From Botryllus schlosseri (lineage: Eukaryota): a stretch of 64,000 nucleotides of DNA. The stretch lies in contig CM119372.1 in the NCBI GenBank assembly GCA_051294905.1, forward strand, positions 5,396,001 to 5,460,000. Direction: 5' to 3'. A model generated the notes under the pieces. That model did no database searches, was not told where the DNA came from, and saw only the letters and a program-made list of their open reading frames with translations. Both the position numbers and the translations under genes were made by a program. Positions 25,201-36,889 of the stretch are shown in pieces; position 1 is the first letter of the stretch; the number at the start of each line of letters is the position of its first letter.

Positions 25201-26667
25201 CTCACGAACGAATCTACTTCTAGCAACTAATTGTTCTGGTAATTTTCATACTTTCATTATCTACTTCCACTTGAAATAATTTCGACATGTCTTGCAAATA
25301 TCAACTCGTAATGGAGCGGCGATTTATGTCGTGACTTCTACTTAATACCAACGCTGACTACTTTGACAACCTCTGTGTGGCACACAAACCGACCGCACCT
25401 GGAATGAATTCAGAATTTGAAGTCAACAGTCCCGACTCTGCATGGTCGCCTGAACCGTTTTCCGCATGAAGACCATTGTTCTTTAGCGCCGTTGAATGCT
25501 CCGCACCTTTACCCGAACAGCTCTGCAATGTGACAACCCGGTTATATTAATTTACAGGGACATAACGATGGCAATGCAGTACCATAGAATCATCCGAGCC
25601 GACTTGAGAGCCCAACCACGCGTGAACTCTTCTGCGTTTCTCTTTTCCCGATACGCGCGCGTTCACGGGGAACACGGGCGAGGTTGACCTGCGTCACAAA
25701 GACTCGCGTTGCAGTGATTTCACAAAATTGATCGTAAATTTCTAACCCGTTATCGCCGGATCCAGCCATTTTGAGATTGTTCCTGCCGTGCCGCGGGGAA
25801 TATCCGAGCGATTTTGTTTCTGTACAAAATTTTGGTACCGGTTAGGTGTTTGCTAGTAGTGCTAGTAGTAGTTTGCTAGTAACTTTTTCTTCAAATTTAA
25901 CTGACTTTTAGGTTAGCTAAAAAACACTGCACAACAAATTTGGCTCAATTTCAACTTGTCGTAGCAAAACTACAGGAGTTGGAAAATTTTTTGTATAATA
26001 AATAATAATTAAAGAATTTGCCACCATAAACAGTTATTTTATTAAAATCCAAAATTTTGTGCTCCAGTAACTTCCCTTCTACTGGCCAGAATCGCGCCAA
26101 ATTTCTTACAAATCGTGTTTTTAGACAACTGAACAATTTCACAGGATAGAAAGAGCAAAATCGGGGAAAAAACTTATTTTTATGTATTAAATTTCACATT
26201 TGTAACTCCTGTAGCTTAGCTGCTACACGTTGCAATTTAGCCAAATTTGGTGTACGGCTTTTTTTTCCAGCCAACCTAACAATTTTATCGAATAGCCAGT
26301 AAATTTTGAACAAAAAAGTTATTGTTGAGCAACCCTCCACGCTTGTTAGTGGAAATCACATATCTGTGATGTGGTGATCAGCCCACAGCATTGTGACATA
26401 GTGTGATACAATAGGCATAGCCGAAAAATACCAAACAATCTATAATGTGATGTAGAGCTGACATTACGGTACATTCTTTTTAGACGCATAAAAAGTACAT
26501 ATTTCAAATTTCCACGTGTCATAACGTGTGATACTCAATACTCCCCTACTCTAATTACGTTAATAATAAATCGTACTCATTTTTTCTTGCTCTGCATGAA
26601 ACTGATGTAGTTGTTCCTTCAGTCTTGCCCTGTCAACCCCTTTGCCGGAGTCATTGGCGAATCGCTC
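7233..26667 (-). CDS. Large multidomain protein (>=1170 aa, 24 exons): CEP97-like IQ/coiled coil, KIND domain, 2x WH2-like, FN3
   Basis: Exons 26667-26577, 24514-24167, 23543-23333, 22489-22401, 22335-22270, 21073-21027, 20973-20879, 20800-20696, 20636-20574, 20343-20157, 19086-18965, 18899-18782, 18068-17961, 17544-17425, 17370-17273, 16242-16110, 13540-13382, 12594-12367, 12310-12107, 11877-11666, 9553-9351, 8741-8688, 8320-8207, 7570-7233. All GT-AG, every junction phase-compatible, 3513 nt open to a TAG. True start unresolved: either the ATG at the end of the first listed exon or further upstream exons. Confidence 0.85.
9595..10432. mobile_element. Complete ~840-bp hAT-type MITE (family A)
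   Basis: TIR tagggcgattttttt / aaaaaaatcgcccta; flanks ataataaa / ataataat (7/8 TSD); second copy at 998-1690. Confidence 0.85.
10938..11515. mobile_element. ~580-bp MITE, probably Tc1/mariner type
   Basis: TIR gggtcgttcaaaa / ttttgaacaaccc with long imperfect internal symmetry; TA on the left flank; related partial copies at ~25880-26336 and an end at ~51540-51566. Confidence 0.7.
12190..12440 (-). other. Two tandem Spire-like WH2 actin-binding motifs
   Basis: KFKEMVLPDINSEEWRSRLKPA and TPHEKLMEGIASSETKLKKT (amphipathic helix plus LKKT-type motif), linked by SRRTLSLPAPDTL. Confidence 0.65.
12796..12827 (-). ncRNA. Putative minimal type I hammerhead ribozyme (intact core)
   Basis: Minus strand reads ccc-CTGACGA-gcgtaagcc-GAAA-atat-TC-ggg: full core, palindromic loop III, stem I ccc/ggg. 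Confidence 0.65.
13125..13156 (-). ncRNA. Putative minimal hammerhead ribozyme (intact core)
   Basis: Minus strand ccc-CTGACGA-gtgtcagcc-GAAA-atat-TC-agg; first stem I pair mismatched. Confidence 0.55.
13734..15377. mobile_element. hAT-type MITE family C interrupted by a second hAT element
   Basis: Ends tagggttaccat / atggtaagcctg with perfect 8-bp TSD gtagaatg; gtcctctttt subterminal repeats; near-identical to 61679-62045. Confidence 0.9.
13746..14953. mobile_element. 1.2-kb non-autonomous hAT element
   Basis: TIR cagtgttgccaa / ttggcaacactg, perfect 8-bp TSD gttaccat, many aatcgcta/agcgcta subterminal repeats at both ends. Confidence 0.92.
15620..15978. mobile_element. Diverged MITE family C copy
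   Basis: accatatgtgctcttttaagaggatttgtcc ... aaatatggtaacccta. Confidence 0.75.
16289..16640. mobile_element. MITE related to family C with an internal ~60-bp tandem duplication
   Basis: Ends cagggttaccat / atagtaaccctg; unit ccttatt..gaagtgc.gtgtctcaaaaaaa..cacca.ccttatttctaagatttgt repeated about twice at 16326-16455. Confidence 0.7.
17902..17931 (+). ncRNA. Putative minimal hammerhead ribozyme variant
   Basis: ccc-CTGAAGA-gtgtcagtc-GAAA-acgt-TC: N7 changed and loop III changed to another palindrome; 3' arm of stem I truncated. Confidence 0.5.
18381..18412 (-). ncRNA. Putative minimal hammerhead ribozyme (intact core)
   Basis: Minus strand ccc-CTGACGA-gtgtcagcc-GAAA-atat-TC-agg. Confidence 0.55.
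20696..21073 (-). other. IQ motif plus CEP97-like coiled-coil segment (3 exons of the large gene)
   Basis: Spliced: VQAATKIQAIWRGYKTRKLDPKVVEIRQELRSRRAEQYISVLCHEVQSLKDRLDTEKKMRDLQTEAIRYIWSQLR. Fits IQxxxRGxxxR; the downstream pattern resembles the post-IQ region of CEP97 (recalled, not searched). Confidence 0.75.
21255..22199. mobile_element. ~945-bp non-autonomous TIR element
   Basis: TIR aaatccgtggtgggttgca / tgcaactttccacggattt with multiple aagttgca/tgcaactt subterminal repeats. Confidence 0.7.
22802..22833 (+). ncRNA. Putative minimal hammerhead ribozyme (intact core, NUA triplet)
   Basis: cct-CTGACGA-gtgtcagcc-GAAA-atat-TA-ggg; inverted partner at 22733-22758. Confidence 0.6.
24690..25100. 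repeat. gactcgacttgactc-motif repeat family (MITE remnants)
   Basis: Clustered gactcga/gacttga/tgagtc motifs; similar clusters at ~12685-12750, 19470-19515, 20035-20075, 42885-42910. Confidence 0.6.
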
Positions 26668-27949
26668 CTGAAATAAAGTAGAGTTTTACAGCAATACATA
26701 TACATAAGTTTCAGCAAGGTCAAAGTTAACATTAGGCCTACTATATGCAACCACTGTCATAAACAATTACAGTACGACAATAGTGCTGTTGACCGGGCTT
26801 GCATTTTCTAAACTTGCACACCGTACTGGTTAAACCCCACAAAACCTGTATGTGTTTTACAATTAGAGAGATAATTTGTATGATGTGAATTACCCGACTT
26901 TGGTACTCTATCACACCGATTTGCATAGAAACTTTCGCAAACTCATCCAAAACATCCATATTCCGAGTGTGTCATACGCGAATGCCACGAATTTACAATA
27001 AACTACTTACTACTACTATGTGTAGACACAGTTAAATGGTCATTCAAGGGCTACTTGATATTACCAGTCAAGAGTGTCGTGAGAGATTAGTAACATCACT
27101 CACGGGGCTGTTGTATCAAGTGCGTAGGCTATTTCTATTCTAGATCACATTCACTACAACAACGGTTATCTTACTGATATAATTACGACACAATAGCCAA
27201 TTAAATAATATTTGGACAACATCTTTCACGTGTATTCATAGAGAGAGTTATAATCATAAACTTTTTTACAATATAAATAAACTGCTCACCTGGTGTACCT
27301 ATTTACAAAATAGCCTAGCCTCGTCTACCTACGGAATTCTCGCTCAGAAAGGCACAAGTAGTATCTTATCTAAACATTTATAATAATCTACAATGGAACG
27401 AGTGGCGTCGTGGAATTTAAAGAAGTTTAAATAATTTATTGATCATCGCTACGAGTAAGCTTCGCAAGCCGAGTTATTCGATAGGGAGTCCCTTTCAATC
27501 ACAATGTTGTCACAATAGAAAGTTGAGCGTTCTTTACTCTCTAGTACAGTCTGTAGTAACTAATCAAAGGAACTAAGCCGGTTTATTAGGGGTGGCATAG
27601 GCTTAACACGTCCAATTAGTCAGTTACTGCATATTATTTGCTGTCAGTCCAAAGATCAAATTACCATCTGAGCCACACACACACACACAATCAATTTATT
27701 AATTGTGGTATTTAAATCAAGTTTGATTGTGGTCAACTTGACTTACATTGAAATTGCACCAGTAACATCACAGCGTCGATTCAAGTATATGAAATGACAT
27801 ACCTTCCTTCGCTACAATTATAGTGATTTAACATCAGGCTGCATACAAATTTCAAATAAAGAGAATGCCATTCTGATGATGCTTCAATACGGTACATATT
27901 TGATATTCATATTCATGACATTCATAATAAATTTTTGAAATTACCCATC

Positions 27950-29450
27950 ATGGGAACTAGCTCTCACCATTTAACGATGATGCGATATGAAAGTTGGGTA
28001 CATTTAAATCATTCCATTTATTTCATCTCAATCAGCATAAAATTGCAACTAAAATCATTGTAATGATTGTTCTAGGTAGGATGGTGGTAAATATCATTGC
28101 GCATCAAATTTTAATAATGTATGACCATCAAACATTGTCATTAGCTAGCACCTTAATGGTTCTTCAGATCCAGGCTCCGATCATTACTGATCGATTGATG
28201 CTTCGGTGGAATTCAAGCTCTATTTCAATATCATACAGCTGGTCAGTTCGCTAATAAATTAGTCTTCCATTATTTCAAAATGCTGAATGACTGTAATGTA
28301 AAAAATTAAAATAAACGTTGAAAGGACTCACTGGACTCAGAACTAGCTGGTATCTATGTCTATCAATTGGGAACTTACAAATGCACAGGTTTATATTAGA
28401 AATCACATCAAAAACTTACACACTATCTGTAGGCTTAGTACCATTCGGCTAAAATGGTATGACCATTTTCCCCAATCCCCAGTCATCAACGTGAGAAATA
28501 GACTCTTGAAGTGATGCATGTGGCAATATAAATTTAGGTTAATCTTCCATACAAGTGCTCACCATCTTGAGCAATTTTCCCTGTGACCATTCACCGGCCG
28601 TGTAACCCGTGAGTGACCTTCAATTGATGTTAGATTTGGAGGGTCACAAATATCTGTGTCCAGTGGATTAGGGTGAAACAGAGAACCACAACTCTAACTG
28701 GGTTCGTACAGGCACGAATATGTATGCCATGTACCGTACCAAGTGCCAAGCAGTAATTCTCACAGTCCCATATTATTGGGTAACACATAATCCGTAATTC
28801 TAACGGAAGTTAGTGACATGAGGTATCGTAAATTTCTCTATAATGTGAATGTATCAAAGTGGCAAAATCTTTCCATGTTGGATATTTTCCACTGTTAAGT
28901 GATATGTTGTTGTTATGAAGTTTCACACCTGTGGGTAAAACCAAAAACGCTGGAACCCAGATCTGTACTATGGTGCATCAAATCAGTGAATTATTTGCTG
29001 CTGCTTGCCATTGCATACGTCATTTTAAATCTAAACTTTGACTACGACATCTCTGCACAAATTAAGGGACGGTAACTATAACTAACTGACAGTTCAAAAC
29101 TACAATATAGTATATGTGCTTCTGAGTTTGACTCCAACAAAGAGTCATTCTTCAGTATCAAATATTATGATATGTTACCCTGACCCTAATTTATATATTT
29201 GATAATTTCCGAATAGGGGAATATCATAATATGATATTATCATCAGGCGCGTAGAATTGAAGACAGCTCACCTCAACCCCCTTTTCATATTCGACTTTTA
29301 AAATCCCTTTCCTTTGTTTTGGAGAGATCACTCTACTTATTCATTATTCTGAATGCATTTGCAAGTTGTTCATACTCTTTCTACACAATGTTGTTGTTCA
29401 CTGTGTTAACGACCTGAATCTTCACAATTAACCATTCGTCAAACTAAATT
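27950..29450 (-). pseudogene. Decayed envelope-glycoprotein-like reading frame (tentative)
   Basis: Stop-riddled minus-strand translation gives a heptad-like stretch (VVNTVNNNIV*KEYEQLANAFRIMNK), Cys-rich middle pieces and a distal hydrophobic segment (AMIFTTILPRTIITMILVAILC); no splice structure. Confidence 0.3.
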
Positions 29451-30542
29451 ATGCACACACACTCAGTCATCAATAGCTCACCGAAATTTGTTTGTGAATC
29501 GCCTCTTCGTGAGCGAGCCATTATTCACATATCGGTAGGCCTAATTGAATAAAATCCATCTAAATCTATATTTTAATATACTGTAACTGGCATACGTTAA
29601 TGTGTATAGAGACGTTAATCAAGCAAGATTATCTGATCCTTGTTGCATTGACATTTGCATATAGATTTACTCCGAATAATCTTTCAGAATTTAGAACATT
29701 GTCAGTTTTCAAAACATCTCTACTCTCCCCATTTTGTTGCACCTTTCCCTCCTTTTCTTGGCTACGCGCCTGTATGTCACTATCAACCATAGGTAGTTGG
29801 AGGTACAATCAATATGATAAGTGTTACGGTATCACATTCAGTCGCTCAAGTCAAAATTATCACGTAAATACAGGCTATTATACCTTTTACTGCATGCCGT
29901 TTTAGGTTATTCTGACTCCATAGATCTATATTCCCATTAAGCTTACAGTATCGCATTCTCTGCTGAGATGCAACCAGTAATGATGCACATCGGCCACTGC
30001 AAAATCCATGCACCTTTAGACTCCCGGTTGGAATGTGGTCAGAATTGCTTATATCGCAAAGGCAGGGGTAGAATCAGTTTATACTCTATTCATTTTACGT
30101 TATGTACTAAAAAACTTACTTCTTGCATCTTTAACGGTGTCTCATCAAGCCAAAGATCAATATCAGAGGATTACGCAAACCGAATCCGCCACTTACCACT
30201 GAATTAATCAGTTAACTTCAGTTAGCTCAGTTTGTTTTGAACTTTACCGGCTGAACCGAAGCGATTGATGGGTGACTGACCTTTGACATTGAATAATATC
30301 GATTATAGGCCTCGTTTGAGAATGAGAAGGGTCACTTCGAAATAGATGTTTAATCACCATCACGAGATAAAAAAGATAATTTATATGCTACAAGATTGGA
30401 TAGAACCATATGGATCTTGACCATATTAAATCCAGACGGATCCCTAACGTTACAAGTCCAATGGCCCAGCCAAGGTGTGACTTTGTTCTCCATTTCCCAG
30501 GCGAAAATTAGCTAAACTGCCAAAGAAACATGCCTTCATAGG

Positions 30543-30982
30543 TAGGGTTACCATGTGTCCTCTTTTAAGAGGATTTGTCCTCTTTTTTAGATAAATTGAA
30601 AGTGTGCTCGAAGGACGCCAAAATGTCCTATTTTTTGAGAAGTTGTCATCTTTTTCTAGAAATGCGCTCAAAAACGGGACTCCGATGCAACGAGCGCCAG
30701 AGTTGGCAAGACAATCAACGAAAAATACAGCGCGAGCAGGGATGAGAAAGATGACCTTTTCTTCTTTTTTTTTCGGGAGTCGGGCAAGGTGATGACTTCT
30801 TTCAGTCACCACAGTACTATCATAGCAATTTACAACGTAGCTGCAACGTAGCTACGTTGTAAATTGCTATGGTACTATTATTGGTCGAAAATTTTTCAAA
30901 ATCACCAGCTTTCTTTTCTGATATTAGAGTTTTCATAATTTTTGAAAAGTGTCCTCTTTTTCGAATCTCGAAATATGGTAAT
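30543..30982. mobile_element. MITE family C copy carrying a 51-bp hairpin insertion
   Basis: tagggttaccatgtgtcctcttttaagaggatttgtcc ... aaatatggta. Confidence 0.8.
30821..30871. repeat. Perfect 22-bp inverted repeat (minimal MITE-like)
   Basis: catagcaatttacaacgtagct-gcaacgt-agctacgttgtaaattgctatg flanked by the direct repeat gtactat. Confidence 0.9.
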
Positions 30983-31049
30983 AGGTATAAATCTGATCTT
31001 GGATTATAACCTGAGTGATCTATTCTTTAACTTTCGATAATTTCAAACT

Positions 31050-31719
31050 GTATAATTTTTACTTTACCTTTACGTACCAATTTATCGCCTTACTACCGTA
31101 AGCATCGAATTTTGCGAGTTGATGAACTATACTATATCGCTTCGAAGTATCAAAACTTGTTCACAAATATTTTTCCAATAGTCTGCCTCCTGTGTTTGAT
31201 GACTTTTTCATACCTGCGAAAAATGTCCATTCCCATCACACGAGATCCTCGTCAAAGGGAAATATCTACATACCCCCACCCAATAGCAACCTAACTAAGA
31301 GATCTATCGACTACTCGGGACCTATATCATCTGGAATGCATTACCACCACATATCCGTAATTGCCTTATAATAGATTGAAAAAAGACCTACTTGATCACC
31401 TCCTGTCGTTATACTACTAACACTGTTGCCCTACCTCGCCCAGACATTGCTTCATTGATCATTTGCTACCATCGTTTTATTTTTATTCTATTTTCCTTTT
31501 TTAACTAAACATTTTTTACAGCCATACTGTTCAGAGTCAAGTGTAGGCTACCTGTTTGATGCTGGTGTCATCAGACTAGATGACCTTCACGGTCTTATCG
31601 ATCATTCCTATCTAATACCGAATACTGTGCATGCATATTTTCTGTACCACCATCACTGCCGTTTGTTATGGATTTTGGTTGGATGGAAATAAAGACTCTC
31701 TCTCTCTCTCTCTCTCTCT
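31050..31719 (+). mobile_element. 5'-truncated, decayed CR1/L2-group LINE 3' end
   Basis: Frameshifted ORF2 C-terminus EVSKLVHKYFSNSLPPVFDDFF...HSHHTRSS...RSIDYSG..IWNALPPHIRN, then a 3' UTR ending aataaa plus a (CT)n tail. Confidence 0.75.
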
Positions 31720-34700
31720 TACAAGATTGATGCTTACGAAATTGATGTCGCTAGTGGGCGACTACACATTTTGAATAGTCATTTGTCAGTGGTGAAAAGA
31801 AGAAACGGAGAGGTACAGGAGAATTGTTCCAAAAGTCGCACAGCTAAGTTTATAATAATCAAAGGTTCTCATATTTTTTAATATATATCTCATGTGATAT
31901 CGGCAACTTTCAGGTTTAAAAGTGTATGGATTTGGTGGGTGTACGAATATTATTCACAATTTACGTACAATGTACATGCTAATTTTGTAACAGTTCTTTC
32001 AAGCTGGAACAAGAGAAATTTTTGGCCAAATTGGACAGGATTAATTTTATTGTTCTCGCGCATTTTCTTCGATTCCAAAATCTATGTATATACGGTACCT
32101 GAATGACATCGTAATTTTCTTTATTCAGTGCTCTATTGGTTCAATTGAAGCAACAGCGACGTTGCTTAAAACTGTATGCAATGCAGCATCTTATTGATGT
32201 CAGACTTTTTGGTCAATATGTTTTAGGTTTTAATTATGCCGAAATTGAACTTTGAACTGCTATTCCATCAGCTGTTACACATTTCAAACGAAATAGTAAA
32301 CCAGGCGGGCTTCTGGTGGTCGCAAAGTGCTAGTGCATAAGTCGCAAAAACACAAATAAGAACGCAAATATTTTGATTACTCGTTTGTTTGAGCTACTTT
32401 ATCCAAACTCAGTAGTTTGATCGACGTACGAATGCTCGACTGTGTTGCTGGCCCGGTTCAAGCTCAACAGTGATCGCATACAATATATGAATTTACTAGA
32501 CAGGCTTCGCCTAAACGGCCCGAGGATTTCGCTCAGATATGTTGCATATTAATTCTCATGTTGAATGTCGGGGGGTAATCCCGACGCTGGACCTGCAACC
32601 TTCAGCATAATGGTGTATTAAAGATCCCTTGTACATGTGTTCAAAATAAATTCTATTTGATGGTGGACGCGTATTGCATACGGCCTTGTTACGTTGCTTC
32701 CGTGCTTAGTTGATCAGTGCAATTACGAAATTACACTTTTCTTTTATGATTAGACCTCGCTGCATTATGGCTGTTCCCGGCCGAGATAGGTCCTCGAACA
32801 AGACTAATTTGTTCGACACATTCGCGGCTTCTCTTGCAGTACGGTGATGTTTTAAAGTGATGAACTTGACATTGACAGTCGAATAAAAGGTTATTGTCGG
32901 TGGCGCTATAAACCTGTAATTGTCATATTCAATTGATCAGAGTTGGAGATCGCAGGAGGATGTATCCAGATGGGAATCTCTAGGAATAACCAAATAACTA
33001 ATGTATCTCACATGATATGATATTCATAGCAATTGCTTATACTCTACAGGAGCACGTGTTGAGCTGTGGAATTTTATTGTAGGATAGGCAAAGTTATGGA
33101 AAGCGATCCCGAGTACAGGTATAAATGTGGAAGCTGAAAAATGAATGCTTGAAAAATCCTTGAGTAAGTTGTTGTTGTTGTTATTGTTGTTGTTGTTTGT
33201 CAAGCAAAAATTAGATGCTTATCACATTTTGGTCTTTTCCACCACGATCAAAGATTGCGTACAAAGAAATGCACCGCAATCAATAATGAAGTACAGAAAT
33301 GAGATAGCAGGAAATAAGATTTCGGCACGATGATAATATGTATTCAGGTTTCAAATATCATAAATGCCGATTACAGGATAACACGAGTTCAGTGGTGTAT
33401 GGGGTCGTAAGAAATTGACATTCATTTCGTAACGAGGAATCTATACATTGAAATGCCTATGTTGACTAAGTAGTTGTCTCTACGTAGTTGAAGACGATGC
33501 GACATGTCCCGTATCTTGGTAATCATGGGCTTCATAGTGCGGAAAATGAGTCATTGAGTATTGTGATTATGTAAATACTTTGGATATACCCTTTCAAGTC
33601 CTAACTACAGATCCTCACTGTGTATATTATAGCTTCATTAGACGAATGTATTTTTCCACAAAATATGAGTTATGAAAACTTACTATTAATTTTGAGCAAT
33701 TTTAAAACCGAATGCCATCGTAAGTCTCATTTTGTTGCGATGAAAGTGGCAATGGTTTGGGTGTTCGACAGCCGAGTCACATATCCTGTTGGTTTTACAT
33801 TGTTACGGTGCAAATGTGGACTTTTCTGGCATGTGAGTAGATAGTGCGGCGATCCGACAGTCACCGAACTCTGCATGTGCGTGATGATCTGACGTCACCG
33901 AAAGATAACTTATATGCTGTCTTGGTGCGCCCACACGCTATCTCATTCTCGATTATAAACAGTCGGGTATAAAATAAGGTTTACGTGACGTCAATCCTAT
34001 AAATATTTACCACCTGGGAAAGAATGTGGTGAACTCGACAAGTAATTATAAATTATGTCGACGCCGCTACGAGGCATGTATCAAGAAATACGATAATCCA
34101 TAAATGCAACTCGACTTGGTTGCACCCAAGCCACTGATATATTGAAAAAGACTATAAGGGACTCGTCTTTCGTTGTTCTTCATCTTAACAGTGGTATCAA
34201 AAATCGAAGCTACGGGATTCGGAAACCTCATATAGGCCTACTGGATTCACGAATGCATCTTGATTTTTGTTACGATATGATATGAGCTTAGTTAGTTATT
34301 CGAACTTTCGATATTCCAGTGTATTTAGATGGGGTTGTTTACGCCCTATAGCTGTATAATCACGCGATGTTGGAACGACAGCATCAGATTATACAAGCGA
34401 TCTTCAATATTGAATCTACATCCAGGCAAGCAAACAAATACAACTATTATCGTAGTAAGTCAATCGTGTCATCCTGTGACTTGCGAACGCTGTCTCGATT
34501 GCTTCTGCAAATTGGCGAGTCATCAGGAAGCCGTGTGTCGAAAGTGTAGAACCCTGCGGTCACCCATAATAAACAACAACATTTTGCACTCGCTTAGATG
34601 GGGCGCCATCAACATGACCATAATGTCAACCTATCAACAGTCCGTTATGAACATTTTACTTACGTATTAACCGATTGAAAGGTGTTGAAAGTTGAACGAC

Positions 34701-36889
34701 ATAGCTTGACCTTCTATGGGTGAACGAAATGAGATCTCCAAACCTCTCCTGATATGGTTGTATTTCAAATAACTGATGTCGGTCACGATAATTACGTTTT
34801 CGCGTCCCTTGTAACGTATCGGTATGCTATACGTGAGCACTGAGCACGCTCTGATGTTTGTTGTATATAGTCACGAACGGTAATTTCCAGCTATTATGCA
34901 ATGCAACGGCGCCATGGTGACATCATAACCACAGCCAGTACATTTCAATCTGTGAAAAAGATATTGCCTATTCGTAGAAATTTTGTCCAAAGCTGAAAAT
35001 CCGCGGCTCGAATTCCTAAGTTAAAGACTGGTGCCAATATGTTTTTCACGCCTTCAACCTTACTTTGAGACCACATCGCATTTGGAGCTCAGTGCTCCTG
35101 CAATTGAATGTCTGTACCACCGACTGTCGAAGTGACATGAAGTACGGTTCGAGGTTGAAATCGCGACCACACATTACCACATTGTACGCTGTACATGAAC
35201 GTTTAAGAAAGGCTTGATAATTTGTTTAGAGGTTCGGCAGTACCTGCGATATCCGCACCTAGCATTTACGGAATGAATAGCACGTTGTTTATTTTCATTC
35301 TGATCGATGTAACCAAACTTGGTTGGTTAATCCAGACGGACGACTGACTCCTACCAAAGAAAAACCATTTCAGATTGTGTATATCAAATGACAATGTTTA
35401 GTATTTGTAAGATTTCGTAACATCGATTAATTAATGGGTGGTTATCCGAAATACTGGTGGTTAGATTCGCGCACTCCTGCTTTATCCACCTGACGCGCCG
35501 GGAATGCTCGGCTGCAGGATGCGTGACGTGGACGCGTCTACGATGCGGTTAAACTAGATTTATCATACATCTGCTACTGCTAATGTGGGCTGGCTGTTTA
35601 TATCATTGGATTACGATTGCCTGAGATAATCGCCGCGTAGAATCTGTGATAATGAAAATCATTTCCACCGAACACGACATGCTGACGACGTGGGAAACAT
35701 CTGGCTTTGAATTGATAACCTTTCCAGCTGTCATCGAATATGGAAACACCCTCCCTATTCGGTCACGGAAGTAAACTTATATATCACTAGGATCTTTGTG
35801 CAATTTGCGAGAGCTCGCTGCCTTACGTAAGCACGGTATCCGCGCAAAGCGCTGTAGTAATCAGACTTGAACAACTAGATAATTCTAGTTGTCCATGCAA
35901 TTAGACTAACTAAAACAAAATCCCGGCAATCTAATTTGTGAAATTTTACTTTGCTCTAATTTCAACTCTATAATCTAATTTCTGGTTTTCCTGAAAATGC
36001 TTCGGGAGAATTGTATTGTGCGAAACGAACTAAGCTTGCTGTAGTGTACATACATTTGCTATTCTCTATGCCTATGAGAATGGACTATGAACTGAACTGT
36101 AAGTTTTCGCGAATTCAGTAATTCTGATCATAATCTAATTTGGGAAAAACTGTAGCTATTATACTAATTCTAGTCTAATTTGGAATAACTGAAAATTTCC
36201 AATGTGTTCAAGTTTGGGAGACACAGTGGGACAAAACTGGGATAAGGATAAATTGAAAATGAAGATCTTCATTTCGATGCGACCAGTTCTCGGGTTTTTC
36301 GGACGAACATACAGGTGATAGCGAAACGATTCCGGACCAGCTTCAAACAAGTCCTTGTGTTAGTTAAGTAAACCGAGTGTGGGAGTGGGGGTGGATAGAG
36401 TAAGTTTACTCTGTAAGTGACGCATCCCTCTTGTAACTTGGTGTTGCATGTGCGATTATACGTTCAGGTTTCTTCATGACGTGTTTTCGTGAACTCTTAA
36501 CCAGCGACCAAATCTTTCAATGCAGGGGTGCAATCGATTCATTTGATGCCTAACAGGGGCATTTATGGTTGGTTTTGTCGAAAGAATATGACCCGATGAA
36601 TAATTACATCAAACAAATAGGCTACTTCCGCCCGGGTTTGCCTCCATACCGATTTGCTCACGTCCGAGCTGACTGAATAAACATACGAGCTCAATATTAT
36701 AGGTCTGTAAATAAGTAGTTACTATTGTATTGGTTTACAATTATAATTTAATATACTTTCGTCACGATGCTGTCAGATTGGTTCGTCATATGGTATTCAC
36801 GAGCCTGTTTACTATTTAATACTGCGTCACAGCGACAGACTTCTGTCTGTGTATCGAATTCACCTATTCCATTGACTTATTTTCACTGT

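Noticed and set aside
20696..26667. Calling the large gene CEP97 or Spire
   Set aside because: No LRRs (CEP97) and no Spir-box/FYVE (Spire) found; similarity is limited to modules, so no gene symbol is assigned.
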